The notes under the pieces: generated by a model
Seen by the model: the letters and a program-made list of their open reading frames with translations, nothing else
Database searches by the model: none
Told to the model about the DNA's origin: nothing
In this document: one piece after another, positions 17,287 through 31,019 of the stretch
Position numbering within the stretch: position 1 is the first letter of the stretch
Layout: each line of letters opens with the position of its first letter
NCBI RefSeq assembly: GCF_009914755.1
Contig: NC_060948.1
Length of the DNA: 64,000 bases
Strand: one strand, 5' to 3'
Source: the human T2T-CHM13v2.0 reference genome, Homo sapiens
Program-made: the position numbers and the translations under genes

Positions 17287-18612
17287 CAGTCATGACCTGC
17301 ATAACTGATGTTTCTGTCAACAAACCACACATACAATGGTGGTCGCATAAGACTATAATGGAAGTGAAAAATTCTTATCACCTGGTATTTACTTTTTTTT
17401 TTTTTTTTTTTTTTGAGACAGAGTCTCAGTCTGTCGCCCAGGCTGGAGTGCAGTGGCGTGATCTTGGCTCACTGAAAGCTCTGCCTCCTGGGTTCACGCC
17501 ATTCTCCTGCCTCGGCCTCCCAAGTAGCTGGGACTACAAGCGCCTGCCACCATGCCCGGCTAATTTTCTTTTTTTGTATTTTTAGTAGAGACAGGGTTTC
17601 ACCATGTTAGCCAGGATGGTCTTGATCTTCTGACCTTGTGATTGGCCTGACTTGGCCTCCCAAAGTGCTGGGATTACACGCATGAGCCACTATGCCCGGC
17701 CTAACCTGGTATTTACTATACTATATTTTTAATCATTATTTTAGAGTGTACTTCTCCTTCTACTTATATATAAAAAAGTTAACTGTAAAACTGCCTCAGG
17801 CAGGTTCTTCAGGAGATATTCTGAAGAAGGCATTGTTATGATAGGAAGTGACAGCTCCATGCAGGAAGACCTTCCAATGGGATAAGATGTGGAAGTGAAA
17901 GACAGTGATACTGATGATTCTGACCCTGTGTAGGCCTAAGCTAATGTGTGTGTGTCTTAGTTTTTAATAAGAAAGTTTTAAAGTTAAAAAAAAAAAAACA
18001 GATAAAAGCTTATAGATTAAGAATATAGAGAAATATTTTTGTACAGCGTTATGTGTTTGTGTTTTAAGCTAAGTATTACTGCAAAAGTGTCAAAACGTTA
18101 AATTTTAAAAATGTATAAAGTAAAAAAATTATAGTAAACTAAGGTTATTTATTACTGAAGAAAGAAAAAACTTTTTTATAACTTTAGGGTAGCCTAAGTG
18201 CACAGTGTTAATAGTCTATAGTAGTGTACGGTAATGTCCTAGGCCTTCACTCACCACTTGCTCACTGACTCACCCAAAGCAACTTCTAGTCCTGTAAGGT
18301 GCATTCATTCATGGTAAGTGCCCTATACAGGTATATCATTTTTATTCTTTTACTCAGTATTTTTACAATGCCTTTTCTATGTTTAGACACACAAATGTTT
18401 ATCATGTTCCAGCTCTACAATATTCAAAATAGTAACATGCTGTACAGGTTTGTATCCTAGGAGTAATAGGCTATACCACATAGCCTAGGTGTGTAGTAGG
18501 CTGTACCATCTAGGTTTGTGTTAAATTCACTCTGTGATGTTTGCTCAGGGACGAAATTGCCTAACAACTCATTTCTTAGAATGTGTCCCTGTCGTTAAGG
18601 GACTCGTGACCA
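17287..18612 (+). mobile_element. Tigger3b (Golem) DNA transposon, inserted in an antisense MIR
   Basis: Terminal repeats cagtcatgacctgcataac... and ...gtcgttaagggactcgtgacca, flanked by TA at 17285-17286 and 18613-18614. Confidence 0.85.
17394..17701 (-). mobile_element. AluY inside Tigger3b
   Basis: gggttcacgccattctcc diagnostic; TSD acctggtatttact at 17380-17393 and 17704-17717. Confidence 0.93.
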
Positions 18613-19519
18613 TATTACTATCTTACAGATGAAGAAAGCGAAGTTCTGAAAGGTTAAGTGTCTTGGCCAAAGACACACAGCCAGTAAAAGGGGAACAAAA
18701 TACAACTGCCTGAAGAATAAACTTTGGTTGATTAAAGTAAAGTAAAAACAGATCTGAAAAGATCTACCAATTCAAATCCTTCAGTAAAATCCTGGGTATT
18801 TGAGACACTTGCAGGAACACATCAGATATACAGAGAAACAGAGAAAAATTCTCCAGAAAGTTGAATGTAAGCTCTTTCTTTCTTCACTTGTCTTTTTGTA
18901 GATTTAATTTTTTTCAACCCAGCCAACAAGCATTTATTGTTCCTTTCTGACTGTAAAGATATTAATTCCCCTGTAAAAATAAGAACTGAATGGAAATATT
19001 CTTGACCACAGACTTCTACAGGATGAGCTTTGCAAACAGCCACTTGTTTAGAAAATAACTCATTCCAGATAAGCAGGATAGGAATGCTGAGTTCATCTAT
19101 TTTATTTCTTGTAGGTAAAAAAGAGGGAAGAAAAAAGTCTATAAACTTTAGGGCGTTGCTATAATGGAATTAAGAGCACCAGGTAGTCAGCTCAACAGAG
19201 TTTCCAACAAATATAAGAACTATCAAATAGAGGAACTGCATAAGTTTGTTTTTGAGATGGGACATATCTAATGTGTGAATAAACCAATAAAATGTCTCCA
19301 TGATGTGAATACTAATCATCGACTGTCATTGACTCAACTCTCCCAAAAGTTAGTAAAGGAATAAATTAATGAACCAGTTGAGTAATTTCTACTTTTTCCT
19401 CTTTTTATTTTTTTAAATTAAAAAAACCCAAATGGCATGGTTTAAGGGTGATGTTTGATAAAATGCTCCCCAGTGATGATTTCCAATGCTAGCAATATAC
19501 CATGGTGCTGTACACATGG

Positions 19520-19684
19520 TTTGGGAAGGTTGTGTATTTGAGGTCAGATATCCTGGGTTGAAATTCTAACCCCTGCTTAACTGACTGATATGATCAAGTT
19601 CTTCAGCCTCATTGAATCTTATTTGGTTCATCACCCAAAATAGTGATGAGGATGCTTATTTACAGAGTTGTTATATGGTTTAGG

Positions 19685-19724
<40 letters not shown>

Positions 19725-19770
19725 ATCCATCACAGTGCCTAGCATGTGGTCATGCTCAATACATGGTCAT
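19520..19770 (+). mobile_element. MIR SINE containing a (CA)n microsatellite (about 19687-19720)
   Basis: gaggtcagatatcctgggttgaaattc...cacagtgcctagc...gctcaatac. Confidence 0.65.
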
Positions 19771-21134
19771 TATCACAAAAAAAACTTGGTTAACATGCAT
19801 GTGCATTTATAAAATATATGTAAGAATCTAAATGAAAATCTGAAGCAAAGAGCTTAAATATCAGTTTTTATATTCTATGCACTTATTTTCCTTGTGATTA
19901 TGTAAAAGGTTACTGAAAAAGATGACAGAATCTTCTTTTCAAATGCTTTAAGAAAAAACTTATCTCTACCTATTTTCCTCCTTCCCTCTTCCCAGCTTTC
20001 CTTATTTCTCAGAAGGCAAAGAGCCCTGACAATAAGAGGAGGGTATAGTGGTGAGGTAGTAGCCTGGTCTACTTGGTTCTAATTAGGGGATTGCCTTTAC
20101 TCAAGGGATTGAGCAAATAAGTAAACATATTGAAAATGGCAACTAGGTTTCTCATTGTTAGAGAAGGCAGACATAAATACAAAAAAAAAGGGAAAGCTAG
20201 AAAGAACCCCATGTTGGTATGAACTTATGATTTTCAATATAGAAAGATAAAGAAATAAAGACGTAAATGTATGTGTATATGTAAGCAAATGCATCCATAT
20301 GTATGTCTTTCCTAGCTCTGTCCACTGAAAGGGGCCTGGGAAGAGCAACACTAGAGCAGCATTTAGCATACCTAGTGCCCAGATCATTGTTTCTGAATGC
20401 CACTTTCTACTAAGAGGAACAGGGCTCCCTGGAGAAATGGCTAATTCCAGAGCTGGGGTAAGGAAAGAAAATGAGCCTGTTCTCTTGCACTAGAAGGTGA
20501 GAAAGTCCTCAAACAATACTTAAATGATATGACGCAAGGACACAGAAGCCTGCTTAAAAAGCCAAACCTGTGATAATAAGAGCATCATAATAAATAATGA
20601 CAGCAATGAATTATAACCCACTGACTAGGAACCCATGAGTAGACATTGATATAAGTAAATGAGTGAAAAAAATAAATGAGAGGAGAACAGCTTCTTGCTT
20701 ACAATAGAATGCCTACTAATAAATGTAGAAGGGGTAATAAAGTTAGAAAAATTACCATTTGGCAACCATGACTGTAAAATCAATCCAAGAAAGAAGTATT
20801 AATGGATGTTCAAAGTAGTGGGTAAAAGTAGAGGAGAAACTGGAGTTTACATAATCTCAAAGGACCACATCTCACAACATTTATTAATCACAAAGGAGGA
20901 AAAACTAACTTTACCATGGAGAAACCTGGCAGATGTCATCTCAATCCAGTCATCAAAGACGAGACCACTAGTAACGTGACAAACTGACAGCATGAAATGA
21001 GAAGAGCACAGTATCACTTCTATGACATTGTGGCCAAAAATGCATAAACTGGGTCTAATCATGAGAAAACACTGAATAAACCTAAACTGAGGGACATATA
21101 TGACTGGCCTGCTATCTTCAAAAATATCAAGGTC

Positions 21135-21446
21135 AGCCAGGCGTGATGGCTCATGCCCATAATCTCAGCACTTTGGGAGGCTAAGGAGAGCAAATCTTTT
21201 GAGCCCAGGGGTTCAAGATTAGCCTCGGCAATGTCACCAAACCGCGTCTCTACCAACAAAACAAAACAAAACAAAACAAAACAAAAACAAAATTAGCAAG
21301 GCATGGTGGCGCCCACCTGTAGTCCCAGCTACTCAAGATGCTGAGGTGGGAGGATCCTCTGAGCACAAGAGGCAGAGGATGCAGTGAGCTAAGATCACAC
21401 TACTGCACTTCAGCCTGGGCAACAACAAAACAAAACAAAACAAAAC
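21135..21446 (+). mobile_element. AluJ
   Basis: Dimer with (caaaa)n linker and tail. Confidence 0.88.
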
Positions 21447-21582
21447 ACCCCCAAAAAACCAAGGTCATATAAGTCAAGGGAAGTCTAACTAGAGATACAC
21501 AAAAATTCGGTATAGTGATCCTGGATTGGATCTTTCTGCTGCCATGGACTTTATTAGGACAACTGGTAAAAATGTGAATGTG

Positions 21583-21865
<283 letters not shown>

Positions 21866-22247
21866 GTGAATGTGATAAATAGGTAAAGGATATACAGCAA
21901 TTCTTTATTCTTGAAATATTTCTGTAAGTTTAATAGTGTTTAAAAAAATAGAGTTTTTTCATCTCACTACAGTGAGAAAAGGGCACAAGGAAGTGACTTT
22001 CTTTTTTAATTCCTGACAACTTTGAAAGATAGTCTCTCTTTACAGAGGACTCTAAGATTATATGTTCACCAAAGAATTGGGTTTGCTAATGGAAACAGGC
22101 AGTCACTTGGGCTGAAGGTACAATGAGACTCATTATTAGGTTATGAATCAATTTAGTGGCCACAACCAGATCAATAAAAAGTGAATAAACAGAATAGCAA
22201 ATGTTGGAATGCATTACACATAGTAGACTAAGGTATAGGTATGTTTT

Positions 22248-22870
22248 TGTCAAAGGTGTTTGAACCAGAGGAACTCTATCTTGAATAGGGGCTGGGTAAA
22301 TAAGGCTGAGACCTACTGGGCTGCATTCCCAAGAGGTTAAGGCATTCTCAGTCACAGGATGAGATAGGAGGTCAGCACAAGATACAGGTCACAAAGACCT
22401 TGCTGATAAAACAGGTTGCGAGAAAGAAGCCAGCCAAAACCCACCAAAACCAAGACGGCAATGAGAGTGACCTCTGGTTGTCCTCATGACTCATTATACA
22501 CTAATTATAAAATATCAGCATGCTAAGACACACTCCCACCAGTGACATGACAGTTTACAAATGTCATGGCAACATCAGGAAGTTGCCCTATATGGTCTAA
22601 AATGGGGAGGAACCCTCAGTTCTGGAAATTGCCCACCTCTTTCCTGGAAAACTCGTGAATAATCCACCCCTTGTTTAGCATATAATCAAGAAGTAACCAT
22701 AAAACCAGCAGCCCTTGGGGCTGCTCTGTCTATGGAGTCATTCTTTTATTCCTCCACTTTCTAAATGAACTTGCTTTCACTTTACTCTATGGACTTGCCC
22801 TGAATTCTTTCTTGAGTGAGATCTAAGAACCCTTTCTTGGGGTCCAGATTGGACTCCTTTTCTGGTAACA
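22248..22870 (+). mobile_element. MER41B solo LTR (ERV1)
   Basis: Begins tgtcaaaggtgtttgaaccagag...cttgaataggggctgggtaaa, ends ggtaaca, about 620 bp, with the tandem GAS region. Confidence 0.9.
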
Positions 22871-24409
22871 AAACCACAAGGTCCTTTAAGGCCCAAAGGA
22901 GATCAACAGTTAGGTGGACATTACCTAGTCTTTCAAAAATGTCTCTGTCTCTTCCTCAAATAAATTTCTTGGTAGGTTAATTTATAAACTTCTGGGTAGG
23001 TACAATATACAGTATTTTAGTTCAGATTTAGGTAAGAAGGTGATGAGTCAAGTATTACCAGTTAAGAAGTACAGTTGAAGATCTCTGTTCCTCCTTTTGG
23101 AACAGGGCAGTCATTTTCAGTCCATTTATGAATATAAGATCCAAAGAAAATATTTTAATTTTTATTTTCAACTGATACTTTTCTTCCATCAACTAACAAC
23201 TATTAAGTTCTTATTCTGTGCAAGGTACTATTAGGGATAGCGATACACAAAGTACTGTAAGACATGATTCGTGTCTTCAAAGAGATTATAGGAAATCTCA
23301 AAATTTGTATCACTACAAAGATCTCCATAATGTTAAAAAATTAATATCAAGCCCTACTCTTCCATATATTTTACGTAAATAATTTTTGATCTCATACTAA
23401 ACAAACAATTTGTTTTTAAAGGAGACCATCAACAGCACACAGCCAAGTCGGAAGATAGTCTAGAATTCATAACAGCTTCATTTACTATTCTATGCTTTTA
23501 TAGTGACGTTTTATTACTGGGTACTTAGAAGGGCCAAAAATATTACTTGGGGGCAGGAAATAAGAAGTTCTAAAGGAAATAGGAGGTTCTTTGTCACTTT
23601 TTCTTCTCTTTTGATTTTTCCATCTCAATCCTGTTTTAATTTATGCGATGTGAAAATCCTCCCTTTTTGGGGGTGATGGAGAAGATCAATAATGATAACT
23701 CACATTTAATGTTGACTCCTGCACAGATGCTCCTGAGTGAGGGAGACATATTAGGGACTTTACCACAAAATGAATCATTTTAGAGTAAAGAGTCAGCCTT
23801 AATTCCACATGTAAGAAAATGCAGAACAGAGTCACGCAATTCTTTCAGTGTAATAAAGGGCCTTTGACATGTGTTCTTTGTGAACAAGCAAAAAAGCTAA
23901 AAATCAGACCAACAAAATATATCCACTAATGGCTTATACATAGTCTAGTGGGTTGCTGGGAGTAGGGAGAAGAGATGGTGCTATTTTGGAGTACAAGGCA
24001 GCAGCAGAGAGGCAAAGCAAGACAGGATATACAAGTTGCACAGCATGGAGCTCACAATAACTTAACTAGCTGACAAAATGTTCCCAATCTTGCTCCCATA
24101 TATTTAAATAATCATGCCCTAGTGTTACGAATGTTAAGTCTCAGAAATTCATTTAAGGGTAAGATATTATAAAGGTCCTTTAAGAAAATCATTCTGCAAA
24201 CCTGTCCTAGAATTGGTTCAAGAGTTTAGTATTTTGCAATTAAATTTAACTTTAGCAATGGCTTACAAAAAGCAGAAATGAAAACCTATCTCTTTTTAAT
24301 GTGAACAATTCCCCATTCACACTTTTTTTGTAGGCCACACAGGCTAGAAACATCAGTAAAGGTATAAGGGGCAGGTTTGTCACGGGGAGGGGAAGGGGCA
24401 ACACTTACC

Positions 24410-24578
24410 ACAAGAGCTTTTGAAAATATGTGGGGACACTGATTGTCACAATGATTGGAGGGTGCTATTGGCATTTCAAATGCCAGGCTCAGGGATGCTG
24501 AATGCTTGCTATTCTGGAAACAGACCCACATAGTGAAGAACTACCCTGCCAAATGCTCATAGCACCTTGACGAGAAAA
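24410..24578. mobile_element. MER20/MER20B-like hAT-Charlie fragment
   Basis: ttgtcacaatgattggagggtgctattggcatt...cagggatgctg...gaagaactaccctgccaaatg. Confidence 0.6.
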
Positions 24579-26479
24579 AAAAAATGCTTGAACTGATCAG
24601 AAGCACTAACAGGGTATATTATATCTCTTTTGATTAGCTTAAAAGTAGCAAAAGGACTCTATATAGTGTCAGTTAAACACTGAATAAGTAGCTTTAAAAC
24701 ATATGATTTATCTGAAATTTTTGTTAAGACTATAAGTATTTAGTACAGTTAAGAGTTAGGGAGAATTAGGGAGATAGTTTCCTCAAATTCATCAGATATT
24801 ACAATTTAAATATGTGCAGTAGTCCAGAAATTATATGTCAAGAAAGGTGTTTCAAAAACTTAAGGAGAAAGGTACGGAGGAGAAAGGTACAGAATTAATT
24901 TTAGAATAACTTTTAAAATAAATAAATCCATTTAGTTCTCAAAGATATCTGTGATAGTTAAGTTGTGCTTGTAATCTGTATGCCAGGCCAAACGTATTAC
25001 TGCCTGGTAGCAACACACTTAAATTTAAGCTCACAAGTTTGATAACGATCAGTTTCTTGAAAATGTAACCTATAACTTAAAGAAGGTTCAGAAATTCTAT
25101 GTAAGTTTTTAAATTGTCATCAACTTGATTTTTAAAAATATTTTGTTAGTTTTCTTTAAAGCCTATAAATGAGGCTGAATGGTCCACCAGGTGTTAAGAA
25201 AAATAATTATTTCCCACTTTTAGTTAACTGCAGAGTTTTAAGGAAAAGGCCCTATGAAAAGTGATCTATGCATGATTCATCTAGAAATTTAAATATTTCA
25301 ACTAGTCTTCATAGTTGTGAATTTGCAGTTGATCCAGAAATAAAGCCTGCTCTGTTCATCTGGGTTTACTAAAAATACTCCCAAACTTAACATCTAACTT
25401 CTTTTTTTTTTTTTCAATAATAACATAGATCCTGGAAGAGTATATGAAAGACTCTTTCTGGTCAACAATGAACTGGCATGCACCCTTTTTGCTTTGCAGA
25501 TACTTCTGACATATGCAATGTAAATGTTTATTCATTTATTAGTTGTCTATGTGCCATCTATATACAGTTTATCTTCACGTTCTCAGGTAAACATACTTTA
25601 AAATAGTTGAAGATGCAAGATGCCATTGTACTACTAGGTTTACCCTCTCATTTCCTTTATCCTCAACTTATTTTCTTTGTGTCATCTGAATCCTCCAGAT
25701 ATCTAACTTTTCCTTTTTATGCCTTTCACATTTCCACTGGAGATCACTTTGTCCCCTTCATTAAGGTTCTGTCAGGAGAGATTTAAGATTTGGTTCTAGC
25801 TAAAAAATATGGCAGTAGCTCTGAAGATGACATAAAAGCTTTTCCCTATGCCTAAGATTTCAAATATATGTATACATTTGAAAGAAAAAACAGGGAGAGC
25901 ATTATTTTTTTGTCCAGATTATTTTTGCTCATTGTAGGTAAAAAACAATCTGTGCATATATGTAAAAAACAAAAACAAAAACAAAAAAAACAAAACGAAA
26001 AAGAAAACCTTTCAGTCCCTACATAATAACTCAGAAATAAAGTTTCTTCAGCCAGCTATGGGGATGGGGGAAACAATTCCCAGGGTACAGATGTTAGTGG
26101 TCCTGTCAACTCTGTCATTCTCACATTGCAATGCCAATGCAATCCCACATAAACACAATTATGCTGAGGCAAACACTGTTGCAGAGTATGAGAACTACAT
26201 ATGCACTGTTCTAAGAAACACAACTTGTGAGGTTCTTGAGGCATGGCAAGGTTTGTGGCAAACAGGACCAATGTGAGAATCAAATTTATTGGATTCCTAG
26301 AGTCTACTGCTTAGCATGCAATACAGTAAACAACTAAGCTCCATGATGACTGAATTGACTGGCATACAACAACCACAAATTGTTCTCTTTGAGCACAAAG
26401 GGCATGTAAGAGCTAACAGATGAGTGTCCCAGGCATGGTTCTGCGTAGTTTGTATGATACTGTATATGATGTTACTAAC

Positions 26480-26710
26480 TAGGCTGGTCAGTTTGGGTGG
26501 TGATAACAGTGTGTTACTGGAGTTAAAGTTACAGAGTCAATCTCTATATGCTTAGTTAGCACCATATTAAAACAAAACAAAATTTTTTCCATGCCACAGA
26601 CTATTAGTGACCTAGCTATCTTACGGATACATGCTGTTGGTCATAATACAGACTGAGAGTGTCCAAAACCCATCATTACAACTGGAATTAAAATAACTGG
26701 AATCAAAGAT
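26480..26710 (+). mobile_element. MamSINE1-like ancient tRNA-derived SINE
   Basis: Degenerate tRNA-like head, then ttccatgccacagact...tgctgttggtcataa...ccatcattacaactggaa, resembling the recalled consensus. Confidence 0.5.
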
Positions 26711-27314
26711 CAAAGCTGGTCCACACAGAAGGATGAGCACGAAGTCAAAGGTCCAGTCCTTAAAACCTATACCACCTAGGTATAATCAGATGTCTTTTTC
26801 TAGTGCTGTTTGTAGGAAGTATTCAGACTTTATTTTGGTTTTTCTTAGCCTCAGTTCTTAGCCTCTTTTTGTTGTTACTAAACAAGTTGGAGGCGAAACA
26901 ATCTAGTGTAGATTCTGGTTTCCTTCTTTTTATTTTCTGAAACAGTTTATGTAAGACAAGTATTATTATACTTGTTCCTTGACAGTTTGATAGAATTCAT
27001 CCCCCAAATTACTCTAGGCCTGGTGTTTTTGGCAGGAGGTTGGGGAGGTGGTGGTTAAGTATGATTAAATTTCTTTAAAGGTTATGGGACTTCTTTGTTT
27101 TGCCATTTCTTCCTAAGTCATTGTGATATTTTATATTTTCCCAGAAGTGTCCACTTAAACTAAGTTTTCAAGCTTATTGTCATAAAGTTGCTCAAAATAA
27201 TCTTATATTTTAAATATGTTTATCTTAATTTTGTCCCTATTTCTCTTCCTAATACTATTTGTTTACACCTATAGTTTTTCTCTAGATCAGCTTTTCAAAG
27301 GTTTACTGCATTTT

Positions 27315-27420
27315 ACCCTCCCTGATGGGGCTCAGTGTGCGCAGCTGGAAAAAGTAGATGCCCTGGTTATGCATGCAGCTCATTTGTTGTACATGTTGCT
27401 TTAAGGGACCTTGAAGACTC
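27315..27420 (+). pseudogene. SNORA70: SNORA70 (U70) H/ACA snoRNA retropseudogene, 5'-truncated
   Basis: cctgatggggctcagtgtgcg...gttgctttaagggaccttgaagac aligns to recalled U70 (CTCATGGGGACCCAGTGTGCG...GTTGCTCTAAGGGACCTTGGAGACA). ACA box reads ACT. Confidence 0.85.
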
Positions 27421-27546
27421 TTCCCTCTCCCTATTGTTGCCAAAATAACTGCCTCTGATCTGTTTTTGTTTGCATCCCAGGCCCCAGACTAGCATGTAAG
27501 ATGCCTTTGAGAAGTCCTAGAACACTGCAGTCAAGGTGGACGTTGG
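27421..27546 (+). pseudogene. RPL10: RPL10 intron 3' end plus exon fragment co-retroposed with SNORA70
   Basis: Polypyrimidine tract ending catcccag at 27480, then gccccagactagcatgtaagatgcctttgagaagtcctagaacactgcagtcaaggtggacgttgg, a decayed version of RPL10 [22 protein letters not shown], then an A-rich tail. Confidence 0.8.
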
Positions 27547-28728
27547 AAAATAAAAAGGCTTATTGAATTTTCTATCTTTTCAAAGAATCAGCTCCTGGTA
27601 TTAACACTATTTCTACTGCTATTCTGTTTTCTGTTCATTAATTTCTGCTTTTATCTTTATTTTATTTCATTCCTTCTACTTACTTTGGGCTTACTCTGTT
27701 TTCAACTTCTTGAGTTGAAAGATTAACTCATTTATTTTCACTTTTTCTAATTTTTTAACCTTAAACATGTATTTAAGGTTATAGTTTTCTCTCTTTAGCT
27801 ACTTTACAAGATCTAATGTGGAGTAATTTCATTGTCGTTCAGCTCTAAATATTTTGTAATTCTCATTATAATTACCTCCTTACCCATGCAGTATCTACAA
27901 GGAAGTTTATCAGAAGTATTCTTTTCTTCTTCAGCTAACTTTTTGTTGCCATTACAAAAAAACTATAACCCCTCCATAATCTCAATTCTGTATCTCCACA
28001 TCCTATTTTTCCAGCTTATTCTTTCTACTAGGGTGATCCTGAACTACTGTGCATTGTTCAACCTCATGGAATCTCCACTGACTCTCATGCTCTTGATGTC
28101 CCTTCACTCTCCTCTTTATCGAGATTACATTCCATGATTTATCATTATTATCATCACTCTCCCCTCTCTCCCTTTATAGTGCTTGGCAAAACTACAACCT
28201 TGTTTAAATCCAATTTTCTGCCTACTCCACACCTGCACCTGTGCAACTAAATGTGGCTGGAAAAAAACATACAACCATGCTCATTGGTCTCAATTTAAAT
28301 TCATTACTTTGAACCTTTAGTGGACTCTAATGCACACAAAGATACTTCCCTAGTCCATTTACTTTCCTAGATAAATACTTTACCCCTTTCCCTTTTAACT
28401 CAAACACCCAACACTTCCTTCCTCGTGTTCTTTCTTGGCTGCTGGTCTTGCTTTCTACTTCACTAAGAAAATTGAAGCAATCAGAAAAGAACTTCCACAA
28501 ACTATTACCACATTTAACCACCCTTTACCATCTTCTCACTTGTTACCATTGATGAACCTAACGTGCTTCTATTTGAAGTCAAATCCTTCAACTTGTACTC
28601 TAGACCCTACTCAAGGACCTCATTACAGCAGTTCTCCATTCTTCCTCCCACATCATCTTTTTGTTGTTGTTGTTCTCCATTGGTATCATTCTCACAAGCA
28701 AACATGTAGCTTAAAAAACACCCTTTTC

Positions 28729-29124
<396 letters not shown>

Positions 29125-29538
29125 TCAATGTTTTCAACTCCTCTCTTCTCAATGTGGCTTAAAATTACTTCAGTCAGGCTTTCTGTCCCACTATTCTAAC
29201 AAAACCACTCTTATCAAGGTCTTAATGTTATCAAAATCAATGGTCAGTTCTTAGTCTTCATCTTATATGACCCTAACAGCAACATTTAACACTGTTGACA
29301 ACTACCTCTTTCTTGATACATTTTTTTTTTTTCACTCACACTGGAAAGGACACAAGATACTTCTTGGGCCCTCTTCCCTTTTCTGTATTTTCTTTCTGTT
29401 ATCTGATACAGTCTTATAGCTCTAAATATCATCTAAATACTCTACAGCATTTTGGCAGATCTGTTTAACCAAACTGCCAAAATTTCCAGTTGGAAATCTA
29501 ACAGTTATCTCAAACCAACATATCTAAAACTGGATTCT

Positions 29539-29842
29539 GGCCACGTGTGGTGGCTCACACCTGTAATCCCAGCACTTTGGGAAGCCAAGGTGGGCAGATC
29601 ACTTGAGGTCAGGAGAGTTCTAGACCAGCCTGGGTAACACGGTGAAACCCCAACTCTACTAAAAATACAAAAATTAGCTGGGTGTGGTGGCAGACACCTG
29701 TAATCCCAGTTACTCAGGAGGCAGAGGCAGGAGAATCACTTTGAACCCAGGAGGCAGAGGTTGCAGTGAGCCAAGATCGAGTCACTGCACTCCAACCTGG
29801 GTGAGAGAGCGAGACCCTGTCCAAAAAATAAAAAAAAAAAAA
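29539..29842 (+). mobile_element. AluS
   Basis: Dimer; TSD aaa(c/t)tggattc. Confidence 0.92.
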
Positions 29843-29851
29843 TTGGATTCC

Positions 29852-30364
29852 TAAGAAGTCATTATATGAAAAAAATACTTCCACGTGCATGTTTACAGCA
29901 GCACAATCTGCAATTGCAAAAATTTGGAACAAGCCCAAATGCCCATCAGTCAATGAGTGGATAAAGAAATTGTGGTATATATATATACACCATGGAATAC
30001 TACTCAGCCATAAAAAGGAATGAAATAATGGCATTTGCAGTGACTTGGATGGAATTGGAGACCATTATTCTAAGTGAAGTAACTCAGGAACTGAAAACCA
30101 AACATTGTATGTTCTCACTCATAAGAAGGAGCTAAGCTATCAGGATGAAAAGGTGTAAGAATGACACAGTGGACTTTGGGGACTCAGGGGAAAGTATGAG
30201 AGGGTGGTAAGGGATAAAAGACTACACATTGGGTACAGTGTACACTGCTTGGATGATGGGAGCACCAAAATCTCAGAAATCACAGTAAAGAACTTATTCA
30301 TATAACCAGATTACCTGTTCCCCAAAAATCTATGGAAAAAAAAATTAAATAAATAAATAAATAA
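29852..30364 (+). mobile_element. L1PB1-like 3' end
   Basis: gggataaaagactacacattgggtacagtgtacactgc; (taaa)n tail. Confidence 0.85.
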
Positions 30365-30713
30365 GATTGGCTTCCTAGTTTTCTTCCCCAACCTGCTTCA
30401 TTTGTAGCCTCCCCCATGTCAGTTGATGGAAACTCTATCCTATCAGTTGCTTAGGTCAAAAACCTTGGAATCATCTACAATTCCTCCCTCTTTCTGTCAC
30501 ACCCCACAAGCCCTTCCAGGAAATGTTGGCTCTACCTTCAAATATATCCAGAATCTTACCAACTTTCAACAACTGTATTGCTACCATGTGATCCAAGCCC
30601 CTATCATCATTTCTTGCCTGGATTACTGAAATAGCTGCTCAGCTGCTACCTTTGTCTGAAGTCTAATCTCAACACAGCAGCTTGAATGATTCTTTTAAAA
30701 CTTAAGTCAGATC

Positions 30714-31019
<306 letters not shown>

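Noticed and set aside
24286-24531. 81-aa minus-strand ORF with a protein-like segment (SPPRDKPAPYTF)
   Set aside because: Half lies in a MER20-like element, it does not match MYPT2, and it has no convincing splice-site pair.
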